Positions 29,419-38,223 of a DNA stretch of 64,000 nt are shown here, one piece after another. Origin of the DNA: Ostreococcus lucimarinus (taxonomy: Eukaryota); NCBI GenBank assembly GCA_000092065.1, contig CP000588.1. The stretch is one strand, 5' to 3'. The notes beneath the pieces are model-generated. The model made no database searches. It was not told the DNA's origin and saw only the letters and a list, made by a program, of their open reading frames with translations. Position 1 is the stretch's first letter. Each line of letters begins with the position of its first letter. A program made the translations under genes and the position numbers.

Positions 29419-31659
29419 CTACGCCTCGAGCGCGCGCTCGAGGTCTTTGCTCGCGGCGTGGGCGATAACTTCGGGGAATAAGCTCACGATGAAGGCCTCC
29501 AAGGCGACGAAACCGATGTGACGACAGCACGTCGGGCTTTGGAGCAAGGAGTAGACGTCGAGCGCCGCTCTCGCGCTCGCGCGCGTTCCCATGATGGTTT
29601 GCACGGTTTCGTTCGTGAAGACGCCGAGCAAAGCTTGTCGAGCGGTTTCTGCTTCACGTGCCAAGCGAGCTGGGGTGTCTGGGGGATACGGCGACTCGGG
29701 CCAAACGACGCGACGAATCCACGAGAGCGCGCGCGCCATGGAACCGGCGCTGCGAAAGTCACGGAAACGCTTGCTAATCGATCGCTCGATGGAGAAAAAA
29801 AACTCAATTGTCTGACGCACCAAAGAAACGAGTGCGCGTCGCATCATCGGTTTCGAGCGCAACGTGAAGACGCACTCAAAGAGGTCGAGCACGGGTCCGT
29901 TCATGCAACTCTCAACCTCAGCCACGAAGGCGTCTTCGTCCTCGCCATCGCCGTTCGTCTCGGAAGCGCTCTCGCTTCGCGTCGTCTTCGACGTCGGCTC
30001 AATGGATGATGAGTTCACACTCGGTACCGTGGGTGTGGGTTCTTTGTACATGGACGACATCCGAGTGTGTCGCGGAGGCTTTTTTGAGCCAAGCGTCGGC
30101 GCTTCACCTGGCGCTCTATCTTCGTCAACAGTCTCCCCACCGCCCATTAAATCACTCGTTGAGTTCGAAACCATCGTTGCCATGCCCTCCATTGCTTCTG
30201 TCATGGTTTTCATGAGCTCGGGGGCGATGCTCCCACGGTCGGGATCGTAAATTCCTGGCCGCGCGTCTAAAAACGTAAACAGCTCGCTACTCTCCGCGAG
30301 ACTTTTGCTCGCCAGGATCGATTTCATGTACGTATCGAGTGCCTTTCTACGAGTTTCCATGAAAACACCGCTCAGAGATGTCCTTATCCACGATTTACTC
30401 GGGAACTCTAAACCGTTCGTGGCTTCTCTGTCGACGTCGCGAAGGCGTCGATGAAGCGTTTCAAAATTACGAAACCGCCGAGGGACAACCCAAGTTTGAT
30501 CTTCGTTCGTGTTCACAGTCACCAGATACACGGCATATGACGAACTTCCAGAACCCACGATCTCCGCACCCGTGATGCGAGCGGAGAGTTTGAAGTCTGA
30601 GTACAACCCTGTCAACGCTGCGTCGATGCTATCGCTCGCCGTTCGACTGTGAGTCGCCAACGCATTTGTCTCAGAACGTCGTTCAGAGACATTTGCCGAG
30701 TCATCAACAACCGTCGTGCCTTCAGATTCTATCGACAACATATCCTTGACTTCCTCTTCGTCGTAATCGACGTTTGTACCTGTCAAGTACAGAACACCTC
30801 GATTCGCCCATCTCGGCTCGGCGAATCGAAGAAGAGGCCTGAGCAATGAAACGACGATGAGTTCGCGCACGAGTGCGGTCGTGAGACCCGAAGCGAATTC
30901 ACCATCCATCAAAGCATCCGACATCACCAAAGATAGGGCTCGAAGCGCGCGTGTGGTCTCGATTTCGCCACTCACCGCCGGGTGAAGCTCTCCTTGCTTT
31001 CGCAAGACGCACGCCAATACGTCCTCCGCGTCTTCCGCGCAAAGCTTCCGGAATTCGGACTCACCCACCTCCTCGCGAGCACTACGATACGATTCTAAAC
31101 TCTGCGACAGCACGTCTGGAATTTCTCTCAACGCAAAAGACACCAGGTCCATCTCTCGCGCTCGTCGAGCTAGCTCTGCGAACGCACCATCGAGTATTAT
31201 TCGAATCGCATTCGGGACGTCCAAGTCATCCGTCATCGACTCGTACCACAACGAAACCACGTACTCCGTTATAATCTTTTCTCTCACTTCCCCCCACGCC
31301 GCAAAAACCTCCGGATAATCGCTCAAGAGTTCCTCCACCGACGCCTTAATATTCCTCGTCGCCGCCGCCTCGCGCGTCTCGTCGCCGCGCGTCGCCGCGC
31401 CCCAGCGCCTCTCCCTCCTGGATGACCGTCGTTCGCCACCCCTCGCGAGCGCGCTCGCGACCACGACGCACACCGCCGTCACGACGCTCGCCACGGGCGC
31501 GTTTCCCAGCGTCGATCGCGACGTTTTCGCCAGCGCGTGCGCGACCAGCGTCGTCATCGCGAGCGCGACGCCGAGCACCATCCTCAACTCGCGCGTCGTC
31601 TTCACGCCCAATCGCGCGCGCAGGACGCGCGCGACGCCATCGATCGCGTCGCGGGGCAT
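29419..31659 (-). CDS. PXA-PX-nexin_C sorting nexin (SNX13/14/Mdm1-like) with two N-terminal TM helices
   Basis: The PX core is YAVYLVTVNTNEDQTWVVPRRFRNFETLHRRL...FPSK...RRKALDTYM, with an upstream PXA-like region (VVSLWYESMTDDLD...). The start is set to ATG 31659, because the longer ORF (to 31992) would overlap Rab5 exon 1. Confidence 0.8.
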   Translation of the reverse strand: MPRDAIDGVARVLRARLGVKTTRELRMVLGVALAMTTLVAHALAKTSRSTLGNAPVASVVTAVCVVVASALARGGERRSSRRERRWGAATRGDETREAAATRNIKASVEELLSDYPEVFAAWGEVREKIITEYVVSLWYESMTDDLDVPNAIRIILDGAFAELARRAREMDLVSFALREIPDVLSQSLESYRSAREEVGESEFRKLCAEDAEDVLACVLRKQGELHPAVSGEIETTRALRALSLVMSDALMDGEFASGLTTALVRELIVVSLLRPLLRFAEPRWANRGVLYLTGTNVDYDEEEVKDMLSIESEGTTVVDDSANVSERRSETNALATHSRTASDSIDAALTGLYSDFKLSARITGAEIVGSGSSSYAVYLVTVNTNEDQTWVVPRRFRNFETLHRRLRDVDREATNGLEFPSKSWIRTSLSGVFMETRRKALDTYMKSILASKSLAESSELFTFLDARPGIYDPDRGSIAPELMKTMTEAMEGMATMVSNSTSDLMGGGETVDEDRAPGEAPTLGSKKPPRHTRMSSMYKEPTPTVPSVNSSSIEPTSKTTRSESASETNGDGEDEDAFVAEVESCMNGPVLDLFECVFTLRSKPMMRRALVSLVRQTIEFFFSIERSISKRFRDFRSAGSMARALSWIRRVVWPESPYPPDTPARLAREAETARQALLGVFTNETVQTIMGTRASARAALDVYSLLQSPTCCRHIGFVALEAFIVSLFPEVIAHAASKDLERALEA

Positions 31660-31780
31660 CGCGTCGTCGCGCGTCGCGCGTCGCGCGTCACCGCGTCGCG
31701 CGGTGACGACGCTCGTCGGCACAATCCGTCGCGTCGCGTCGTCCGCGTCGCGAGCGCGAACGAACACGACGGAGCGGAAC

Positions 31781-32516
31781 ATGGCGAGCGACGGCCGTGG
31801 GGCGGCGATCACGCAAGCGAAACTGGTGCGCGAGCGACGCGCGGGCGCGCTGACGCGACGACGCGCGCGCGTCGTCGGCGCGACGCGTTTTTCTCGACGT
31901 GAGATTCCGCCAACGACCTCGACTGACGACTGCTTGCGGCTCGCGACGACGCGCACAGGTGCTCCTGGGGGACATGGGGGCTGGGAAGTCATCGCTAGTG
32001 CTGAGATTCGTCAAAGGTCAGTTTCACGAGTACCAAGAGAGCACGATCGGGGCGGCGTTCTTGACTCAGACGGTGTGCGCGGACGATCGAACGATCAAGT
32101 TTGAAATCTGGGATACCGCCGGACAAGAGCGATATCACTCGCTCGCGCCGATGTATTACCGCGGTGCGGCGGCGGCGATCATCGTGTACGACATTCAAAG
32201 CCAGTCGAGCTTCGCGCGAGCGAAGAGTTGGGTGCGGGAATTGCAAAAGCAAGGAAACGCCGCGCTCGTCATGGCGCTGGCGGGGAATAAGTGTGACATG
32301 GAGGAGAAACGAGAGGTCGAGCGAGAGGAAGCGGAGGCGTACGCGTCGGAGAATGGGTTATTCTTCATGGAAACGTCCGCGAAGGAGGCGTTGAACGTCA
32401 CTGAATTGTTCCATGAAATCGCGGTGAAGTTGCCAAAGGCGCCCACGCCGACGAATGGGCCGGGGGTGGTGTTGACGAATCAGAATCGTACGCCGCAGAA
32501 GAGCCAGTGCTGTTGA
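31781..32516 (+). CDS. RAB5: Rab5-type small GTPase, 2 exons (31781-31825, 31959-32516)
   Basis: The spliced N-terminus is [15 protein letters not shown]|[46 protein letters not shown] and ETSAK are present, with C-terminal CC prenylation. Total 200 aa. Confidence 0.9.
31826..31958 (+). other. spliceosomal intron (133 nt) of Rab5
   Basis: CTG|GTGCGC donor. An ACTGAC box ends 31 nt before the CACAG acceptor. Splicing restores the KLVLLGD P-loop lead-in. Confidence 0.85.
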
Positions 32517-32650
32517 AAAAGAAAGCGACAGAAATTCTTTAGCGCTCGTTCGTCTCCGCGCGCGCGACGACGACGACAACGAGTCGCCAACTTTGTAAGA
32601 ACGTTGTGTACAAATTCATCTTCTATCGCTATCGTTCGAGCCCGAACGTT

Positions 32651-33140
32651 CTACTTTTTCCCTCTCTTCGCCCCTGCCTTCTTTTCTCCGCCGTCGAGCT
32701 TTCCCTTCAACGCCTCTGCGAATTCCCTATACACGTTCGCTTTTCCTTTCACCGTCTACGCGTGACGTTCGAACCGTCGCCGATGCCGTCAGTCGTTCGC
32801 GCTCGACAATCAAAAGCTCACAAAATCGTCCTACGATCGCGCTCGCGTTCGCGCGCACCTCGTTCACCGTCCCCGCGGCGAGTATCTGATTGATCATGAA
32901 CCCCATCGGTTTCTTTCCCTGATCCACGTCGCGCAAGAGCTCGACGGGGATCTCCACGTCGTCGCATTTTTCTGCCGCCTCGCGCAGCGCCGGGAGCGTC
33001 TGCGCAAAGTCTTCAATCTTCTCGATCACTCGCTCGTCGCTCGGCGCGCCGAGTTCGATGATTTTCTCGAGTTGGTGCAGTTCCCATATCGCTTTCTCCA
33101 GCGCTTGCCCGAGGGCGGACGGCGCGGGCGCGGCGGACAT
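32651..33140 (-). CDS. MED10: Mediator complex subunit 10, 2 exons (32859-33140, 32651-32755)
   Basis: VEIPVELLRDVDQGKKPMGFMINQI is the MED10 core. Splicing gives ...GTVNE|TVKGKANVYREFAEALKGKL, which parallels the conserved NEQVKGKIDTMKKFKSLL segment. Total 128 aa. The unspliced track ORF ends in unrelated sequence. Confidence 0.75.
32756..32858 (-). other. spliceosomal intron (103 nt) of MED10
   Basis: GAG|GTGCGC donor. An ACTGAC box ends 32 nt before the first downstream AG (GTAG). The junction is phase 0. Confidence 0.75.
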
Positions 33141-33215
33141 CGCTCGCGCGTCGCGAAGTGCGCACGGCACGCCGCGCCCGTCCGCAGTGCTCGACGCGCT
33201 CGACGCGCTCGACGC

Positions 33216-34268
33216 ATGGGCTCGAACGCGCAGCGCGGTGCGCTCTGGCGCGAACACCGCGCCGTGGAGGCGGCGACGATCGCGGCGATGCGCGCGCGCG
33301 GCGTGCGCGACGTGCCGTGGAGCTCCGCGAAGCGCATGCTCGCGGTGCTGTGCGTCAGCGCGATTTACACGTCGTGGATCCTGTCCCCGGTCGTGTCCGC
33401 GGTGGCGGTGATTTTGATACCGTCGTTGCGAGCGTACGTCGGGTGTTATCTCTTCGCGTCGTACGCGCTCGGGGTGCGTGTGCCCATGAATGGGCTTTAT
33501 AAATTCTTTTGCGGGCTCGAGTGCGGAGAAGAAAATGGATGGGAACTCGTCGTCGAGGACGCGACGGCGGGCGAGAAAGAGATTGATTGCTCTAAGCGCG
33601 CGTATTTGTTCGCCGCGCACCCGCACGGGTTATTCGCGTCTGGTTGCGTGGGGAATATCGTATTGAGCGACGCGGCGTTGAGGCGATTCCGAGCGCGGCA
33701 CGTTAGATTCTTCATCAACAACTTGCTCATAAGCGTGTTTCCGATCATCAAAGATGTGCTGTCGTCGCTTGGGTTCTTACCATGCACAGCAAAAATGATG
33801 CGACGGGTTTTAGGGCGTGGGGAGACTGGGATGATTGTTGTTGGCGGCGTTCAAGAGGTGGTGCTGACGGGCAACGTCGACGTCGAAGAGCTATACTTGA
33901 AGAATTGTTTCGGATTCGTCAAGGTAGCCATCCAAGTCGGAACGCCCTTAGTGCCAGTATACACGTTTGGCGAGTCTCTGGCTACTGGTCCGGATTGGGT
34001 GCCGTTTCGTGAGATACGAAAACGCCTGAGCTATAAATTTGTATTTCCGTTCCGCTCGCTCGGCATCGTCCATCGTTGGGGATTCTGCTTTCCGCGAGGC
34101 AAGCTCACGACAGTGGTGGGACCACCTATTGAAGTTAAGCAGAACGATAGACCGTCGCGCGAGGAAGTGGCTGCGGTGCATGCGCAGTATTGTAAGTCGC
34201 TTTTGGCACTCATTGAACGAAACAAAGCCGCCGCGGGATACCCAACCCAGGTGACAAGATTGGTATAG
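33216..34268 (+). CDS. DGAT2: DGAT2/MGAT-family diacylglycerol O-acyltransferase
   Basis: HPHG motif (YLFAAHPHGLFASG), N-terminal TM region, and GFVKVAIQVGTPLVPVYTFGE in the acyltransferase core. ATG at 33216; the upstream ORF part is Arg-rich junk. Confidence 0.85.
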   Translation: MGSNAQRGALWREHRAVEAATIAAMRARGVRDVPWSSAKRMLAVLCVSAIYTSWILSPVVSAVAVILIPSLRAYVGCYLFASYALGVRVPMNGLYKFFCGLECGEENGWELVVEDATAGEKEIDCSKRAYLFAAHPHGLFASGCVGNIVLSDAALRRFRARHVRFFINNLLISVFPIIKDVLSSLGFLPCTAKMMRRVLGRGETGMIVVGGVQEVVLTGNVDVEELYLKNCFGFVKVAIQVGTPLVPVYTFGESLATGPDWVPFREIRKRLSYKFVFPFRSLGIVHRWGFCFPRGKLTTVVGPPIEVKQNDRPSREEVAAVHAQYCKSLLALIERNKAAAGYPTQVTRLV

Positions 34269-34370
34269 CTCGCGCGTAGACGAGAATTAGACTGTATCGT
34301 AGAACTATTCATTACAAGCAACACGCCCGTTCCTCGGCGCACACCGCTCTCTTTGTCTCATCTAAATTGT

Positions 34371-35963
34371 CTATTCTCGCTGACGCGGCGTGCATTTTAT
34401 GATGTCGTCGACGCGAATGATCATTTCAGCCGCTTCGGTGGCCGAAAGAAGGACTTGCTGCTTGACACGGAAGCACTCGACCACGCCACACTGTTGCATG
34501 TCACCGACTTCGCCCGTCAAGATGTTGATACCGGTGTTCTTCTTCCCCGCAGCGTGCGCGGCGCGCATTTGCGATACGAGCTCAGAACTATCCAAGCCGC
34601 CGTTGTCGCAGATGATGGTCGGGATAGCGCGCAAAGCCTTGGCAAAGCACTCCATCGCTAACGATCTCTTCCCTGGCGTTTTCGCTGCGAGCTCTTCCAC
34701 GGCTTTGGACATGATCATCTCCGAGCAACCGCCGCCGTAAATGACTCTGCTGTCCTTCACCGTCGACGTCAAGACGCACAGGGCGTCGTGCAACGAGCGT
34801 TCAGCCTCACCTAAGATATGCTCTGACGCCCCTCGAAGAACGATCGTACACGCCTCACCCTTGGCAACGCCGCTGAATCGAATCAAGCGATCCTCACCGA
34901 TCATTACCTCCTCAATCAAGTCGCAGGAGCCGAGCTGAACGTCCTCTGGGTTGTCAAACGTCGAGCAAATATCGCCACCCGTGACCAAGGCCAGGCGTTC
35001 GATGCCGTCAAAGTCGGCGTGTTCGATCGCAGCCACGCCCGCTTCGGTGAAGATTTGTTCGGGGTAGTTGTAAATCAATTGACGGTTGATGAAGCAGTTG
35101 ATGCCGTAGCCGATGATTTTTTCGCACTTGCGCTTCATCTTCTCGCGCTCCGCCTGTTCAATCTCCGCAACCTTGGTCATGGAGTCCACTCGCACGCGCG
35201 CACCGTAAATTTTAATTTTATCCGTATCCATGGGCGTGTTGGCGATCAAAATCTTCGCGTTTTCGATTCTCTTCGGTTGTCCGACGCCAAAACGCTTGTC
35301 CAAGATGAATCCTTCGTCTAAAAACGAATCCTTCAAGCTTCCACCCGGTTTCTGAATGATTTGAATCATCTCTAGGTCTCCTGACCCTTTCAATCGCAGC
35401 ACCGCATCCACAGCGAGCTTGGCGAAGTGTTCCTTGTCGTTCGTCAAGATTTTCGAACTCAGCGTAGTCTTCGCGATGTTGGTCAAGTCTTGCCTGAATC
35501 TCGCCTCGTCCCCGGCGTTATCGCTCGCCGCGCGCTCCAGCGCCGCCTTCGCCGCCTCGCACGCCTCTCTAAACCCTTGAATAATCGTCATCGGGTGCAC
35601 GTGTTGATTCACCAACTGTTCCGCCTGTCTCAAAAGTTCGCTCGCGAACACCACCACCGACGTCGTCCCGTCCCCGACCTCGTCGTCTTGCGCCTTTGAG
35701 ATGTCCACCAGCACCTTCGCCGCCGGGTTATCGACGTATATCGACTTCAAGATCGTCGCTCCATCGTTCGTCACCGTCACGTTCCGTCCTCTCTGCACGC
35801 TCTGCAGGATCTTATCCATCCCCTTCGGCCCGAGCGTTGACTTCACCAAGTCCCCGATCGCCATCGCGCCGACGAAGGATGCCAGGCGCGCGTGTTCGCC
35901 CTTTTCCTCGCTCGCGCCCTCGCGCAGGACCGACGCGTCGGCGTTTCCCGCCGCGGTCGCCAT
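34371..35963 (-). CDS. CCT2: T-complex protein 1 subunit beta (CCT2)
   Basis: [29 protein letters not shown]...[10 protein letters not shown]...NPAAKVLVD...[12 protein letters not shown] is near-identical in pattern to CCT-beta. Full length 530 aa; ATG at 35963. Confidence 0.95.
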   Translation of the reverse strand: MATAAGNADASVLREGASEEKGEHARLASFVGAMAIGDLVKSTLGPKGMDKILQSVQRGRNVTVTNDGATILKSIYVDNPAAKVLVDISKAQDDEVGDGTTSVVVFASELLRQAEQLVNQHVHPMTIIQGFREACEAAKAALERAASDNAGDEARFRQDLTNIAKTTLSSKILTNDKEHFAKLAVDAVLRLKGSGDLEMIQIIQKPGGSLKDSFLDEGFILDKRFGVGQPKRIENAKILIANTPMDTDKIKIYGARVRVDSMTKVAEIEQAEREKMKRKCEKIIGYGINCFINRQLIYNYPEQIFTEAGVAAIEHADFDGIERLALVTGGDICSTFDNPEDVQLGSCDLIEEVMIGEDRLIRFSGVAKGEACTIVLRGASEHILGEAERSLHDALCVLTSTVKDSRVIYGGGCSEMIMSKAVEELAAKTPGKRSLAMECFAKALRAIPTIICDNGGLDSSELVSQMRAAHAAGKKNTGINILTGEVGDMQQCGVVECFRVKQQVLLSATEAAEMIIRVDDIIKCTPRQRE

Positions 35964-36130
35964 CGCGTCTTCGTCTTCGTCGCCGTCTCGGTCTCGCGCG
36001 CGTCCCGTCCGTCGTCGTCTGCCGCGTCGCGCGCGGGGCGCGTCGTCAATCGAATCAATCGCGCAAAGCGACCGCGTCGACGACCGCGCGCGGGTTGACC
36101 CGACCGGCGAGTCGCCGCTCTATTCGTACT

Positions 36131-36156
36131 AGGGTTTAGGGTTTAGGTTATTTAGG
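36131..36156. promoter_or_regulatory. interstitial plant-type telomere repeat / telo-box-like element
   Basis: AGGGTTTAGGGTTTAGG is followed by the degenerate TTATTTAGG. This is AAACCCTAAACCCT on the CCT2 strand, about 170 bp upstream of the CCT2 ATG and about 350 bp upstream of the recombinase ATG. Confidence 0.6.
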
Positions 36157-36160
36157 TGAG

Positions 36161-36195
36161 ACGATCGAGCCGCATTCATTCATAGGCTCGATCGT
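36161..36195. other. perfect 11-bp inverted repeat (hairpin) with 13-nt loop
   Basis: ACGATCGAGCC (36161-36171) pairs with GGCTCGATCGT (36185-36195) around the loop gcattcattcata. It sits 4 nt downstream of the telomere-like repeat. Confidence 0.85.
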
Positions 36196-36506
36196 GGCCC
36201 GAAATACGACGCCCCCCGCGGGCGTCGTCGCGCGCGCGCGACGGCCGCGCGCGCGACGCGCCGACGCGTCGCCCGCGGGCGCGACATCGAACGACGCGAC
36301 GGGACGCGACCGGGCGCGACGGGACGACCGGCGAGCGCGTAAAGGCGAGCGAGATCGTCGACGCGTCGAGCGCGGACGTCGACGTCGGAAGACGCGACGC
36401 GACGCGACGCGAACGAAGCGATCGAGCGAACGATTCGCGTCGCGACGCATTTGACGATTCTTGTTCCCCCGGGACGCGCGAGGGGGGCGCGCAAGGGGAG
36501 AAAATC

Positions 36507-38195
36507 ATGAAGGAGGCGGCGAAGCGCGCGAAAACGACGGCGATGAAGGCGGCGAGACGACCGAGGAGCGCGGCGCGGGCGATGGCGGTGGCGGCGACGA
36601 TGGGGGGGGAGGGAGGGGGGGGGACGGAGCTGCGGGCGTTCGTGGCGGCGTGCGCGAACGCGCTGGGGCGAAGGGACGAGGACGTGGGGGCGAGGATCGC
36701 GGCGACGCTGGAGGCGAATTGGTTCACGACGCCGATGGATTTGGCGAGATTGAGCGTGGAGGAGGCGCGAGCGATGGCGGTGCCGATGAAACTGGTGGAT
36801 GAGTTTAAGCGCGCGCTGGACGGCGCGCGCGGGTTCGCGGCGAGCGGCGCGAGCGCGACGACGACGACGACGGAGAAAAACGACGAGGGAGAAACGGCGC
36901 TCGATTTAGGACTCGAGCCGTTGGCGTCGGAGACGGCGGCGACTACGATGAAGACGATGGTGTCGTCGAGCGGACGCATGGCGTTGAAGATGCGCACCGG
37001 TTTATCCGCCGAGTCGACGCGAGTGACGAGTCGACCTGTCGGATTACCGAATTATCGCATACCGTTGGAGGAATGCGGAAGCGATTTGAAGAAACAGTTC
37101 AAGGCTTTGCGCAAATTCCTTACCGTCCGTAGGCTTGGGCCTCAAGAATGCATTCTCGCTGGGGTGACGGCGGAAAAGTACGAAGACGTTTTGCGAGGCG
37201 CCTTGGGATGGTTGTGCGCGGAGAAAAACATGAAACCTTCGAAAGTCACGCTCCTCGACTTATTCCCGAGTATTGACGCGGAGAGTGCCAATGGAGCTTT
37301 TGAATACGTCACTTGGCTGAACGATGAGCGACAGACGTCGGCAAATTACGAGCTTCTCGTCACTCGCTCGTGCATCGCGGCGGTGAAATTCTTGTACGGC
37401 AATTTGAGCAAGGCGCAACCGGGCGAGGGCGAAGCGAAACCGTACCATGACTTGCCGGTGATGAAAGAATTACGTCGTATGGCGAAAGACGCTAAAGCTC
37501 GATCAGCCAAGGCGCCTAGCGTGAGCGATGAGCGTCTGAAATGGCTCGAATGGGATGAGTACTTGACGCTCGTGCAACGATTGAAGAGCGAGTGCACGGC
37601 GAAGAATTGTCTGGGACAATCTCGCTCGGCGAGCGCCGTGGCGTGGAGTGTGCAGAAGTATTTAATTTTTGGCGTTCTGTCGTGTGTGCCCGATCGTCAG
37701 CGAACTCTACGCGAGCTACGAGTCGGGAAGACGCTGTTCAAAGAGGGCGATAAGTGGGTCATTCGCCACAAAGAAACCGATTATAAAACGGGCAAGGACT
37801 ACGGGGTGCGACCACCGCTCGTAATCGCTCCGCATCTATATCCGACGCTCGAGACATTCATCGAAACGCACCGCAAAGAGCTCAATCCGAACCACGATTT
37901 CCTTTTCACTCGCAAGAATGGTGAGCAGTTTGACGGACAGGGGATTTATCGGCTCTTTACGACGACGGCGATGCGTCTCACCGGCAAGCGGACGAACCCG
38001 CACTTGATTCGAGACATGGTGGTGACGCACTTACGAGGGACGGACGCGTCCGAGCGACAGTTAGAGGCGCTAGCAATCTATATGGGTCACTCACTTCAGA
38101 TGCAAAAGTCGACGTACGACAGACGATCTGTCGAGCAAAAAGTTGCGCCGGCGGTGGATCTGTTAGATTCGCTCAACGCAAAGATGAGACTCTAG
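36507..38195 (+). CDS. tyrosine recombinase / integrase-family protein (Crypton-like), intronless, catalytic residues intact
   Basis: The C-terminal part is collinear with XerC/D-type catalytic domains. The matching segments are VPDRQRTLRELRVG (R397/R399), DYKTGKDYGVRPPLVI (K427/K430), NPHLIRDMVVTHL (H499, R502) and YMGHSLQMQKSTYD (H528, Y537). The upstream region resembles a SAM-like core-binding domain (ANYELLVTRSCIAAVKFLY). ATG at 36507. Confidence 0.75.
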   Translation: MKEAAKRAKTTAMKAARRPRSAARAMAVAATMGGEGGGGTELRAFVAACANALGRRDEDVGARIAATLEANWFTTPMDLARLSVEEARAMAVPMKLVDEFKRALDGARGFAASGASATTTTTEKNDEGETALDLGLEPLASETAATTMKTMVSSSGRMALKMRTGLSAESTRVTSRPVGLPNYRIPLEECGSDLKKQFKALRKFLTVRRLGPQECILAGVTAEKYEDVLRGALGWLCAEKNMKPSKVTLLDLFPSIDAESANGAFEYVTWLNDERQTSANYELLVTRSCIAAVKFLYGNLSKAQPGEGEAKPYHDLPVMKELRRMAKDAKARSAKAPSVSDERLKWLEWDEYLTLVQRLKSECTAKNCLGQSRSASAVAWSVQKYLIFGVLSCVPDRQRTLRELRVGKTLFKEGDKWVIRHKETDYKTGKDYGVRPPLVIAPHLYPTLETFIETHRKELNPNHDFLFTRKNGEQFDGQGIYRLFTTTAMRLTGKRTNPHLIRDMVVTHLRGTDASERQLEALAIYMGHSLQMQKSTYDRRSVEQKVAPAVDLLDSLNAKMRL

Positions 38196-38223
38196 ACTAT
38201 ACCTCGCTAATTCTACTCTTCTA

